From: Takakia lepidozioides
Lineage: Eukaryota; Plantae; Bryophyta
Assembly: GCA_030704615.1 (NCBI GenBank)
Contig: CM060733.1
Span: forward strand, 4,588,001 to 4,652,000
Direction: 5' to 3'
Length of the DNA: 64,000 nucleotides
Positions 1 to 12,300 of this stretch are shown piece after piece. Position numbers and translations under genes: made by a program. The notes below the pieces were generated by a model, which saw only the letters and a list, made by a program, of their open reading frames with translations, made no database searches and was not told where the DNA came from. Numbering within the stretch: position 1 is the first letter of the stretch; each line of letters opens with the position of its first letter.

Positions 1-1490
1 TATTCAAAGCATGGCTAATATTCCTACAAAACAATATTCCAGGGGGGATCTCACCAACCAATCGACATTTACTGATACTCGATGGACATGGTAGTCACGT
101 TACCATTGAGGCTATTGATTATGCTATGAACATCGGGCTAGACATGATCGCGCTCCCAGCTCACACCTCTCATGCTTTACAACCCCTTGATGTAAGTTGT
201 TTCAAGCCATTCAAAACTTGCTTTCGCAAAATTCGGGATGCTCAAATGCTGGAAAGAAATTATATGGAACCTGATAAGAAAGCATTAGCTACTTGGGTTG
301 ATGGAGCTTTGAGAGAAGCACTTACCAAAGATAATATTGTAGCTGGATTTCAAATAACAGGAATATGGCCATTGAATTCTGCAGCCATGGATGACCAGAC
401 TGGACCTTCTGAATAATTCAGCACAGTTGAGGCGGCAACATCTAGAGAAGAACCTGGTGTGGACATCCACGATGAGAGAGTAAGTGATGATGAAGCTGAT
501 TTGGATAGCGGAGTTGATGCTCTTCTATTTTTAACTGAAAGCACTAGTCCAACAACAGCTCAGGATCAGCCAGTTGAGACTACATCAATTGGGGAGGCAA
601 CACCTTCTCTCAGCCAAGGTCAACCTATAGATATTGGAGAAGCAACAACGTTTCAGCCAGAAGACAGTACACCTCAATCAGGATTTGAAGCTGAGTGTGG
701 TGCAAATCCAGATCCAACTCATCACTTCTATGTTGGCACAAATATTAGCAGAGATATTCATGCTACAAGCTTAGTGGCCGCGATGTTTGATGAGACTCTT
801 TCACAGGCAACAGATGTGCAATGCGCGCAGGAACAAAGTCCAGAAAACTTTGCAAGTCTACTGGCCCTCCCTTAATTCCCAGCAAAGCCAACATGAGGGA
901 AAGAGCCTCTAGTGGACTATGCTAACTCGATTGTCATGACATCTACGGAGTACAAAACAGCATTGGAGAAAAAAACCCTACTAAGAGCGGAGGCTGAAAA
1001 TGAACGAGAGAAGAAAAGGCATGAAAAGGAGACAAAAGCGAGGCAAAAAGAAAGAGACCAGCGTTTAAAGGCAGACCTAGCAGCTGAGAAGCAGAAAGAA
1101 AAACGACAAAAAGCCATCTTTGATTCTCACTGGTCAACAAAAAATGTTGCAGCACTTGGCAATGCATTGCATTCAGCCATTAAAAGTGGGGCCACAGTCA
1201 ATCCGCGGGTGTATCATGGTGTAAACTATGGAATAACAACTCCAGCCCAATGATATGCACGATACAAAGCATTAGAAAGAAGGAGGGCATTCAGGCGTGG
1301 CGAACCTTCAGAACCAGGTGCATCAAGTCAACCTCCACTTGCTCCACTTGCTCCACTTTGCAGATCCATGGAGGTCAATCCTAACACCTCTTTCCACCCA
1401 CCAGGTGTTCAGATTAGAACATCAGCCACAGTGACAACCACAGGACATTTTGCACAGTGTAATAGGGTTTTTGCCTCTCACAGTGGCTAA
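1..1490 (+). mobile_element. Decayed pogo/Fot1-like (DDE_1) DNA transposase, 5'-truncated by window edge
   Basis: Frame 3 reads ..RHLLILDGHGSHVTIEAI..MIALPAHTSHALQPLDVSCFKPFK..NIVAGFQITGIWPLN, typical DDE_1 motifs. The same frame continues through in-frame stops at 414, 873, ~894 and 1251 into a charged C-terminal tail. Confidence 0.85.
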
Positions 1491-3125
1491 GTGGCTAACT
1501 ACTGCTCGTGGCCTCATGGGCTCTTATGGGCTGATGGGTTCTTATGGGTTGACTGTCAACATTTTTGGAACAGATGATATGCACGAGTTCTTGCAATGTG
1601 CACAGCTGTAGAACTCTAAGAAGCGGCACTAAGTACATGTCGACTATAGCTTACTACACAAAACTATGGTGAGAAGCTATACTGTTTCAGCTATCAATTT
1701 TTTTAAAGTCTCGATTGGTGTTTAAAGTTGTAGAGTTCTGTGATTGATGTCCAAAGTGGCCAACTATGTTGCAAGTAAGAAATAGAATGCACCTGTGTCT
1801 ATGCGTGTTCTAGAGCGTTTATACGATGAAATGAAGATAACATGCTCTCAAGTTCATTGCTAAAAGAGAATGTTTGTCATGCATAATCCAAACTGCCAGC
1901 CTTTGAATATATCTGCACACGCAAAAAAAAAGAGGGGAAGATACAAGCGGGGATTGCAAGCATATGCAACAAACTGCAAATAAGAATGCATCGCCAGCGA
2001 GGATCCTCACCTGCCGCTGCCTGTAGCAATCTAGTTTTCATGCCTCTGCCTGTAAAAATCTCATTTTCAATGTCGAGACTGCCGCAAGAATCAACAGTTA
2101 CAATCTTCAATCTTCTGGTTTCCAATGCACATCTGAGACCACCGCAAATAGTCGCAATCTTGTTCTTATGCCTATGCTTGTAAAGATCAATATCACATTT
2201 GAGATAGCTAAGAAATACATCAAATCCATAACGACGCACAGCCTGCCGAGATTCAATGGTGCTCAGCGACAAAGACTCTTCGCAAAAAGATAGGGCTCAA
2301 AAACACGATCGTAACCACCCATAGAAACCACCCAGATGGTGGAATCTCGTCCACCTCATCGTGGATGACCACTCACATTAAGTACGATATTTTGAAAGGA
2401 TGAACGGTCTTAGGATTACTCTTGTGTGCTGATAAGCAAATATGTGCCCGTAATAAGTGTTCTTGATAGGGGTGCCAAGGCTCGAAAGCGAACGATTATT
2501 TTCCATAAGCCATTTAAGACCCCCTTGACTTTGCAAGCAAGTAATTTTTTTAATTTTTTGTCAACTGGAAAGAGGAAAACACTCACATTGCTTATCTGAT
2601 GGGCTTTCCTGTCCATGAAATAATTGTGAAATTCAGCTAGATATATGCTCTCTAGGCCAAATTTTGTGCTTATTTGAGTGGTCATAGGGCGTTCTACCCT
2701 ATCCCCAAAGGCCAACACGAGTCCATGCCCGCGTTGGGCACCGTCCACTGCAGGTCAAAAGTCAAAACACGGACTTTTCATCTGCCCGGGGTGGACCAGC
2801 ATTAACGGCACTACCGGGTTGGTGCCGGCCATGACTCTGTAGATGACCTCTAATAGCAGGTCATCAAGTTAAGATCATAGTTCCACGCCTTTGGTCCCTA
2901 GTCCCTACCTAGGTAGGTACCAAATTGATAGGTCGTCTGGTAAATACAGTATGTATATAATAAAATACATGTATATGTATGTATTCCAAACGTATATACG
3001 TAGACGGCAGTAGGCTGGCTGTGATCGAAGCGCGGCTCTGTTGGTCCTGACTCGTCATCGTCTCTCCAGCTTCGCTTTGCCTTGATTCATTGGCGCTGCG
3101 TTGCCCGCCATAGCCCGCTGCCACC

Positions 3126-4989
3126 ATGACGATCAAGGTCTATGGTTTGTATCCATCCACTGCCACTGCTCGGGTGCTTGTCACACTCTTGGAGAAGGAA
3201 GTCGAGTATGATTTAGTGGTCGTGGACATGCTGACTGGAGCTCATAAAGCGCCCGAGTTTTTGGCTCTGCAGGTCTGTATTGTGTCTTTCAACACAATGC
3301 GACACTTTCGGAGCTTTCTCTGATTATCAGTGTCTCCTTTCTCTTTGTGAGGTTGCAGAACTTAGGCATTATGTTTCTTATATTATGCGCCCGCACGGAG
3401 AGTGGGTTTTGGCCTTTTGTGTTCTGAGGCCACGCCGAAACTGGGAGGCCAAAACGAAATGAGAATCGAAGTCAAAGCTAAGTCAGCCAGGATGAATCTC
3501 AAGTATCACAATATTGTGGCCGTCTTTGCACTCGCTAGTTATGATGTGGTTCTTCCAACATTTCTAGCTTGGTCTGAACTCTGAATCTCATACTACTTTC
3601 TGTAGCACTCTGCTATATGGAATTATTATTTGGAATGTGAACTGAAATCTTCCCAAGGGCGGAAGAGTGGTCGTAAGGACGTCTCGGGTCTTGGTACAGC
3701 AATGGCGGAATGCTGTAGACTTTATGCGCTTTATCCTATGCTTCCCACGTCAGTCAGCTCTTGAACCGTTCGCTGTACAATAACAATTTGGTTGCATAAA
3801 ATATGTCTGTTTAAATGTGCCTGGCAACAGGCCTGTACAGTCGTGGACATTCTTAAAGCCTCGACACCCCTTATCGTTTCTGAAACTAGAGATTTTTCTT
3901 CCTGGTGCTTAGGCCAGGCTCACCGTTTGCAAGAAGTCTCCAAGTTGTGATTTGATAATTGGTCTCATTTCAAAGTATGTGAAAGTGGTGGAGGTAGAAT
4001 TTGAGCGTTCTCTATCCCTTTGTAATTTGCTGGTTGTTAAGGTAGCCGTTGTTTGGGTTGTGCAGCCCTTTGGCCAGATCCCTGTACTACAAGATGGAGA
4101 CCTTACTCTGTTTGGTAAGTCGGCTGTGTGCAAGTGCATTTTGCTTGGGAGCATGTTTTAGGAAACTTGTAAAGGTGTGTATCTCAAGATACGGCTCCTT
4201 TATGTCTACTTTCATAGTGGAGTGAGAAAACAACTGACAGAGGACTTCTTGAACCTACTTGATTCAAAGCTTTTGACAGTATAGATCCCCAGAAGTTAAG
4301 GTATCCTTCAATGCTAACCAGTATTTGTTGGGGTGAGCATTTCTGTTGGGGAACATAGCATTCAATTTTCTGGCAAAGCGGTTCTTTGTGTCTGATTCCT
4401 AGTAAAGTTATAATTTGTACATGTTGTTCAGTGCTGTTGCTTATGGTTTGGTGGTCCCTTCTTGGGAGGTGAACAGTGCCACTTTCATGCTCATTCTGCT
4501 GGCTGTTGCTTGGCAGAGTCCCGAGCTATCATGAGGTATGTGAATGAGAAGTACCCTAAGCAAGGAACTGCTTTGTATGGCTCGACCCCTGAAGAAAAGG
4601 CGCTAGTAGAGCAATGGCTAGAAGTTGAAGGCCAGAACTACGAACCTCAAATCTCGGCCATTGTGTACCAGTTGCTCTTCAAATCTGTCTTCACTGGCCA
4701 GCCGACTGATGATGCCATTGTTGCAGAAAAGACGGAAAAGCTGAGTAAGGTGCTGGATGTGTATGAGGCACAGCTTGCCAAACACAAGTATTTGGCCGGA
4801 GATTTTTTTAGTCTAGCAGATCTCAGCCACTTGCCCTTCACCCACTATCTTTTCAATGTTGCCAAAAGACAGGATTTACTCACCTCTAGGAAACATGTTG
4901 CTGCATGGTGGGAGGATATCTCCTTGCGTCCTGCCTGGCAGAAGGTAGCTGAGCTTGGGGCAACAGCACTGGAATCTCTCCTTGATTAG
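3126..4989 (+). CDS. GSTF: Phi-class glutathione S-transferase, 3 exons (3126-3272, 4066-4114, 4517-4989)
   Basis: MTIKVYG..STATARVL..HKAPEFLALQ|PFGQIPVLQDGDLTLF|ESRAI..YLAGDFFSLADLSHLP. GT-AG junctions are in phase, and the 49-nt middle exon is typical of GSTF genes. Confidence 0.95.
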
Positions 4990-7270
4990 TGCCCAATTTC
5001 TGTGAGATTGATGTATTCTCCACAGATTGCTCCGTGCACTTTTGTTTTAGTTGGAAATATCAGTACTGAGTTGAGATAGCTTTACTGGATGCAATAACGA
5101 GCAAACTTGGAGCATGTAAGGATCAGCCCTATTGATGCTCTGTGCTTGAACAGATCTATTTAGTAATGCAATCTCCATGGTGGTGTGTTGTATTTTGTGC
5201 TATAATCTCTCTGTGATTGATGCCATTATGCAGTCCCCAGTACTAGGTGTGCTTGTCGAGTTTTTGATGTAGTTTGGAAAGGAAATGGTAGAACAGCACA
5301 TTATTTCACCGGAAAGTGCGCACATAGGCAAAGTCAGGTTCTTATATTCAACTATCGGCGCTCTCTTGCAAAGTTTTCGACTTTTACCCCCCATAATTTC
5401 TTTGTACAAGTAGCTGACCCATCGAATGTAATTGGAATGGGGGAGTATTCCTCGGGTTTGTAGCCCAGATGTCGCTATCAGAGCTACGATAGCCAAACAA
5501 GACTCGCCACGTGATGCAATATGGCAAACTCGCTTGACAAGTGAATGGCCAAACCCTGTGAAACGTTGGGTGGAAGCCGTAATACGACCCCATGTCCAAA
5601 TTACGTACATCGTATGTATAAAATGTATCGTAGTGATAGGCTAGATGAAGTTATGGTTGATTGAAGCACATCCCACTCCCGAGAAGTCACAGTGGGCAAG
5701 GCGTTGAGGGTTGGGAGTCGAGATTGAATGAGCGTGGATTTTGATAAGAGCAGAAGGCAACAGCCGCCCATGCTTGGGGCAGAATTCCATAATCTGCGAT
5801 TACAGCTCTGCCCCTGGAAAACACGTGTAATTCTGTCTGGGGGAAATTCCTGTCTGTAAGTCCTGATTTTAAAGCGAAGAAGTCAACAGGTCTTTAGTTG
5901 TTGCGCAGCGGGCAAAAGGCTTGACATCATGCAGAGGATTGATGGGCCAGGCAGCTGAAATGGGAGTTCGGGTTGGAAATGCGAGGGTCGAGACTCTTGC
6001 AAGTGATGGCCATGAGGCCCGCGGGAGAAAAAGGTCGAGACTTGTAACTCTGCGTGCTACTTTCGTCGGTCTCTGAAGAATTTGCATCGGATCGATCAAT
6101 CCTGACCTATGTCCTTGACCTAGCTTGTCCTCCTTCCGTCAGTTTCCTTGAATTTCTCCAAACTTCTGAATATACCGATATATTGCGTTTCATGTGTGTT
6201 TAATGGATTTCTTCCCCTCTGTAGTAGGATCATCCTGGAGGGAAAAGGGTTTTCTGGATCAATACATTCTTGGACATGTTTGAATTATTCATAGCGCGGT
6301 CCTCCTCACTTGTTTTGTTCTTTGGGCAGGGAGAGGGAAAAAGATGGAGGGTCGGAGGACAAGAAGCAGAACAAGAAGAACTTTATCAAGTCCACTGGAG
6401 GTCGAGATCGCCTATGGGACACATTGGACTTACAAGCCACAATCAATGTGCCAAAACACCCCAGATGTTGCTCGGGGTAATCTACTAAGCACTTTGGTCC
6501 TCATAGCTGAAAGCTTCTGCAAAAGACGAGAAATCTCTGAATAGACATTAGTGCCTCCTGTGATCTCGTTATAGAGAGAGATAGGCTTGTCTTGTCTTGA
6601 CAAGAAAGTATCTGTCTATTCCAGACTAGTAGGTCAAACATCTTTTTAAAACAACAGCATCCAAAGAAGGCACCATCACATTGCCTCTCGATCGACACTC
6701 AACTTTGACTCCATATCCACCGAGTTGATCACCGTGGGTGGTGGCGTGCCTGTATATGATCAATCAAGACATACATAGAGGTTTTCCTCCCATCTTAGAC
6801 CTGGCACAGAGGTAGGCAGAATGCTTCATGGTTTTTCATGAATTGCTATACTGCACCACGATAGAGAGTTGGGGATAACTCTGTGTAATGCTATGTCAAC
6901 CAGCATTGTATTGTAACTCATTGTCAATCTATAAAGTCTCTGCAAACTTACCACATATGTGGTTTGCAGGAAAGTTGATCTTAGAGTTCAGAGCGTGGAC
7001 AACTTAGGTTCTGGAAAATTGAGCTCGTGATAAGATAATGTACCTATATCACTATGAATTATCCTATGGTTCATATGTGCATGAGGAGTTCAGAGCAACT
7101 TGCAACAGTTTTATGTTAAGCTACAGTTTTCGATAGAATGTACTCATAAGAACTTTAAGCGTTGTCGCTGTAGACCCTGCCATCAGTTTGCTTGGAACAA
7201 GAGGGAACAGACCCAGTTCTCAAGTTGGAAGCTGGGAAGTTCTCATGTCTTTTGCAGTTTTTGCTTGCAG

Positions 7271-7792
7271 GTCCAGCAATGACCACAGAACAAGTAAGGC
7301 TGGAGTTCTTCACAGATCCTTCTCCATGGTGGGATAACAGGTTTGAGAAGGTGAGCTATCTTCATTTCGGGTGGGAAGCAGCATGTTAAGAAGAGCAACT
7401 GAAGCTGGCATGACGATGTTTCTGGACTGTGTTTTTTGCTGCTTAGATGATGACTATGAAATAAAGCTACTACTGGATCTAACTGGGTCTTTTGATAAGT
7501 TTTTTCTCCTAGGAGCTGGGTTGAAAATAGGTTGATAGGTTTGACAGGTTGGTCTTGTCGATTGAAAGGTGCTTGGAGCTCTCGTGGTTGTAGCATCGTG
7601 CAAAGCTGGAGTGGAAGTTTAGGCTGCTCAGCTTCCGACTTATGTTTTTCACAGACAAGTCAAAGATCAGCACTCTCCAGATGTAAGGTGGTCCCTTGAT
7701 TGACCGGGTGAAAGCAGAGTTTACTGGTATGATAAAAGGTCAGGCAGAGTCTGGTGGTGTTTCTAATGTTGATGTACACCATGGAGCCCCAG
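7271..7792 (+). pseudogene. Putative upstream exons (7271-7350, 7655-7792) encoding an OSB-type PDF-motif fragment, probably 5' part of the PPR gene
   Basis: AG/GT-bounded exon reads PAMTTEQVRLEFFTDPSPWWDNRFEK, resembling the first half of the PDF motif of organellar ssDNA-binding proteins. The second exon is degenerate (..VKAEF). Confidence 0.5.
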
Positions 7793-8060
7793 GTCTAGAT
7801 GGCAACCGGTATTGTTTTCATGATGACTCGTAGGTTCCAACTCAAATTGATAGGATCAGTATCATTTTTACTCAAGTATATGAGTACAGGAGTTGGGCCA
7901 TGTTGGCCATTCCACATGGAGAGATCTTTCTTTGACATGCACTATAAGGTTGAGCCCTACTGGGGAAGAGGTCGTCATTTACACTGGCTTTGGCCAGTGT
8001 CATTCTCCTTCTGTAAGGTTGAGTGTAAAGATTTGTAGCTGAGATTTTGAGTCATGCAGC

Positions 8061-10688
8061 ATGGCAGGGTTGTATCAGGCACCGTTGTTTGCTGGAGATC
8101 AGATGCGGACCAGGTTCAATACTTTCACCATCACTGCTGCTGAAAGAGGATCAAGAGATGAATTGAATAAGAACACTTCTGCGTCTTATCTGAGGACCCT
8201 ATGTCAGGCAGGACACCTGAGAGATGTGGTGCACATATTGTTCCAAGGAGGCCTACAGGCAGACACGAATACTTATGTCTGTCTCTTGCAGGAGTGCATC
8301 AACTTAAAAGACTTAACGGAGGGGAAGCAGGTGCATGCCCACATTATCCAAAGTGGATTCAAGGCAACCATCTTCCTACTCAATATCCTCATTAAAATGT
8401 ATGCTGATTGTGGGAGCATGTTGGATGCATGGCAAGTGTTTGACAAAATGCCTAAACGAGATATATCTACATGGACTATGATGATAGCAGGATATGCCAA
8501 GCATGGGTGTGGCAGGGAGGCTTTCAAAATCTACGACCAAATGCAACAGCAAGGTTTGAAGCCAAATAGGGTCACATTCATTTGCATTCTGAATGCATGT
8601 GCCAGCATAGAAACCCTGGAAAAGGGCAAAGAGGTCCATGCTGACATCATGAAAGCGGGAATTGCATCATACATAAATTTGGAGAATACCCTTGTCAACA
8701 TGTATGCCAAGTGCAGGAGCATGCAGGATGCACGTAAAGTGTTCGACACTATGACTAAACGCGACGTTGTCTCATGGAGCGTGATGATTGCAGGATATGC
8801 TCAGCATGGGTGTGGTAGGGAGGCTTTTGAGATGTATGAAAAAATGCAACAGGGAGGGGTGATGCCCAATAGGGTCACATTCATTTGTATTCTCAATGCA
8901 TGTGCCAGCCTAGGGACCCTGGAAAAGGGCAAAGAGGTACATGCTCATATCATCAAAGCTGGAATTGCATCATATATAAATTTAGAGAATAGCCTAGTCA
9001 ACATGTATGCCAAGTGCGGGAGCATGAAGGATGCTCATCAAGTGTTCAATGCTATGGATAAAAGAGATGTGGTCTCATGGAGTGCAATGATTGCTGGATA
9101 TGCTCAGCATGGGTGTTGTAGGGAGGCTCTGGAGATATATGAGCAAATGCAACGAGGAGGGGTGATACCCAACAAGGTCACATTCGTTTGCGTTCTCAGT
9201 GCGTGTGCAAACCTAGGAGCCCTTAACAAGGGCAAAGAAGTCCATGCTGACATCATCAAAGCTGGAATTGTGTCATATACAAATTTGGATACTGCTCTTG
9301 TTGATATGTATGCCAAATGTGGGAGCATGCAGCATGCACTTCAAATATTCAACAATATGGCTCACCGCGATGTTGTCTCATGGAATGCTATTATCGCAGG
9401 ATATGCTCAGCATGCTTGTGGTATGGAGGCCCTAGAAATCTATGAGCAAATGCAACAGGCGGGGGTTATGCCCGATAGAGTCACGTTTGTATGCATTCTC
9501 AATGCGTGTGCCAGCCTAGGAGCTTTGAAAAAGGGGAAAGAGGTTCATGATGATATCATCAGAGCTGGAGTTGTGCCAGATATCATTCTGAACACTTCGC
9601 TTGCTGACATGTATGCCAAATGCGGGAACATGAAGGATGCGCACCAAGTGTTCAATAACATGGATGAATGTGATGTAGTCTCATGGAACACCATGATTGC
9701 AGGATATGCTCAGCAAGGGCTTGGTAGGGAGGCTTTGGAAATCTATGAGAAAATGCAACATGAACGGGTGACTCCCAACAGGGTCACGTTCATTTGCGTT
9801 CTCAATGCCTGTGCCACCCTAGTAGCCCTGGAAAAGGGCAAAGAGGTCCATGCTGACATCATGAAAGCTGGACTTACCCCAGATATCGTTCTGGAGAATA
9901 CCCTTGTCAGCATGTATGCCAAATGCAGGAGCATGAAGGATGCGTGTCAGGTATTTGACAGCATGGCTCAACGTAGTGTGGTCTCATGGAACGCCATTAT
10001 CGCAGGATGTGCCCAGAATGGGTTCGGTAGTGAGGCTTTCAAGATCTATGAGCAAATGCAAGAGGAAGGGATAATGCCGGACACCGTCACGTTCACTTGT
10101 CTGCTCAATTTGTGTGCCTGCCAAGGAGCCTTGGAAAGGGGCAAGGGGGTACATAATGATATCAGGAAAAGTGGAATGACATTAGATATGACGCTGGAGA
10201 ATGCCCTTGTTGACATGTATGCCAAATGTGGGAGCATGAAGGATGCACATGAAGCGTTTGAGAATATGGGTCAACGAGATGTTGTCTCATGGAGTGCGAT
10301 GATTGCAGGATGTGCCCAGCACGGTTGTGGTAGGAAGGCCCTGCAACTACTTGAGCAAATGCAACAGGAAGGCTTCAAGCCGGACTGTATCACCTTTATA
10401 TCTGTCCTCTCTGCATGTAGCCATGTGGGCCTAGTGGATGAAGCCCGCCACTGCTTTGATTCCATGAGTCAACAGCATGGGCTCACTCCTACAGTGGAGC
10501 ATTTTGGCTGCATGGTGGACCTCCTTGGCCGTGCAGGGCGAGTGGATGAGGCAGAAGACTATATTAGCAAAATGCCAATCAAACCAGGTGCTAGGATGTG
10601 GAGGGCGTTGCTCAGTGCCTGCAGAAGTCACGCAGGTGTGGACTTAGCAGAACGTGCAGCAAAAGGCATTCTAAGCTGTGATCCATAG
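8061..10688 (+). CDS. PLS-class pentatricopeptide repeat protein (about 7 L-S-P triplets, then L2-S2 and partial E), truncated before E+/DYW
   Basis: 875-aa ORF of ~101-aa triplets (PNRVTFICILNAC..LVNMYAKCGSM..DVVSWSAMIAGYAQHG), ending HFGCMVDLLGRAG..MWRALLSACRSH. Confidence 0.93.
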   Translation: MAGLYQAPLFAGDQMRTRFNTFTITAAERGSRDELNKNTSASYLRTLCQAGHLRDVVHILFQGGLQADTNTYVCLLQECINLKDLTEGKQVHAHIIQSGFKATIFLLNILIKMYADCGSMLDAWQVFDKMPKRDISTWTMMIAGYAKHGCGREAFKIYDQMQQQGLKPNRVTFICILNACASIETLEKGKEVHADIMKAGIASYINLENTLVNMYAKCRSMQDARKVFDTMTKRDVVSWSVMIAGYAQHGCGREAFEMYEKMQQGGVMPNRVTFICILNACASLGTLEKGKEVHAHIIKAGIASYINLENSLVNMYAKCGSMKDAHQVFNAMDKRDVVSWSAMIAGYAQHGCCREALEIYEQMQRGGVIPNKVTFVCVLSACANLGALNKGKEVHADIIKAGIVSYTNLDTALVDMYAKCGSMQHALQIFNNMAHRDVVSWNAIIAGYAQHACGMEALEIYEQMQQAGVMPDRVTFVCILNACASLGALKKGKEVHDDIIRAGVVPDIILNTSLADMYAKCGNMKDAHQVFNNMDECDVVSWNTMIAGYAQQGLGREALEIYEKMQHERVTPNRVTFICVLNACATLVALEKGKEVHADIMKAGLTPDIVLENTLVSMYAKCRSMKDACQVFDSMAQRSVVSWNAIIAGCAQNGFGSEAFKIYEQMQEEGIMPDTVTFTCLLNLCACQGALERGKGVHNDIRKSGMTLDMTLENALVDMYAKCGSMKDAHEAFENMGQRDVVSWSAMIAGCAQHGCGRKALQLLEQMQQEGFKPDCITFISVLSACSHVGLVDEARHCFDSMSQQHGLTPTVEHFGCMVDLLGRAGRVDEAEDYISKMPIKPGARMWRALLSACRSHAGVDLAERAAKGILSCDP

Positions 10689-11173
10689 GGTACTGCAGCT
10701 GGCAGGTGGGATGATAAGGATAAGAGATATGAAGGGGGACACAGCCAGGTCACAGCTGCATTGAGGTTGATAACCACGTTTGCATACATCAAGACCCATT
10801 GCATCCACAAATTGAGGAGCTGACGAGATTGTCTGGGTGGATGAAGGAGGCCAGCCAGACATGTACCTGACACAGGTGTGCGAAAGGGAGCTTCTCTGCT
10901 TGCAACCACGGTGTGAGTCTGGGCATTGTTCTGGTGCACATCAGCACTCCCCGCTCCCATCCGTGTCATTAAGTTGAGGCATATGGTGACTGCCTACACA
11001 AATGCCACAAAGTTCATCTTGACGATTGCAGGTATAGAGAGGTCATCTTTTCGTAGTGATTCATCTCATTAACTTAACAGTTAGCAGCTTCTGGGCGAGC
11101 AGTTGTTGTACAGGATTCATGGCTTTCACCACTTCAAAAAGATGGGTTTTGTGCTAGTGGGGGAAATCTTTGA
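10689..11173 (+). pseudogene. Decayed E2/E+/DYW deaminase tail of the PPR gene
   Basis: After the stop, fragments in shifting frames read AAGRWDD, PGHSCIEVDN (PG box), HPQ..L..MKEA, HVPDT, PIRVIK, GDC, ATKFI, FHHFK, DGFCASGGNL-stop. Confidence 0.75.
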
Positions 11174-11459
11174 TGTACAAGAAGGCCATTTTGTGTGTAT
11201 CACAACTGCCAACAACGGTCTTATGTCCTCCTTCTCGGACAGGGCCCTGTGCCTCCTCCCACTCGCACACATTACTACCCCAGGATGGCAGAAGTGCACA
11301 GATTCTCTGCAGGCTTGTATGTGCGTGAAATGGTTCTTGTTTCTGAAAGTATCAATGGTGGAGTCCAGTTGTATTGTGGGATGCATCCTGTTGGGACAGC
11401 TTGAAGCCAAGGGAATAGTATATTACCCTCATGAGAGAGGGAGAGGAGGAGGACAGTAG

Positions 11460-12300
11460 GGAGGGAGCACACATGCAGGAGCAGCACCAGTTGAAGATCT
11501 GACGCCAGTCAAATGACACAGATGCCTGCCACACAAGCAATACTAGATACAAGTGAGGCAGGCCGCTAAACTTTTCTCGAGGAAAACCCCCTCTCTGCCA
11601 CCAAAGACTGAATGCCGTTGTGAAGTCCATGTGGTCAAGAAGGTATATTCCAGGATTTGTGCATCACTCTCCAGGTGTATTGTCTTGTCAGCTGAAAGCC
11701 CCCAATAATCAGTAGTTCGTGCAGGCTGCAGAGAGAGACTAACAGAACGGGGGGACATCAGAGTTATTTTGGTTGTATTCCTAAAATGGCAAGGGAAAGA
11801 TGACAGGTGTGGTTAGAGAGATGCAAGTTTTCGGATTTCAAGTTTGGTCCTATATTGGGGACGGGCAGCTTCGGGCGTGTTCATTGCCGTGCTGGGTGTG
11901 AGCTGCCCAGCAATTAGACCCAACAGGGCTAGGGGTTTAGGTTCAAGCCTCAAGATTTTCAAAGTTGGTGAACAGAGGTGCGGGGACTTTGTTCTTGATG
12001 TTCCTGAACTCTCTGGTGACAATATCCCAGACATTGTAACAGAAATGGATATGGTCTTCAGGCTGCCAGCACATTGGGCAATAACAATCTCCTCTTCCTT
12101 TCTGCATCTGGTTATTATTCAAAGGTAGGCTCGTCACCCTGCGTTTAAATTTCAGTCGAGTGCCAAGGGTAGGTAGGCCCTTGAGATCATCCTTAAGGTC
12201 CTTGTCTAACTCTGCCATCCTATGTAAATCTCTCTCTCCATGAAGTTAGGCATAAAACTTCGCTGAACTTGTTTCCAGTCTGTAACGTGTTGTGTTGTGT
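11460..12300 (-). mobile_element. Possible highly degraded LINE 3' remnant (zinc-finger region)
   Basis: GDCYCPMCWQPEDHIHFC resembles the LINE C-terminal CCHC (zf-RVT-like) motif. No continuous ORF. Confidence 0.3.

Noticed and set aside
6300-6830. LINE RT remnant (FKKMFDLLVWN)
   Set aside because: A single weak motif with no supporting frame.
10745-11173. U-to-C (DYW:KP/GRP-type) editing domain, suggested by the ..CASGGNL ending
   Set aside because: The upstream box is PG-type (PGHSCIE) and the region is too decayed to classify.
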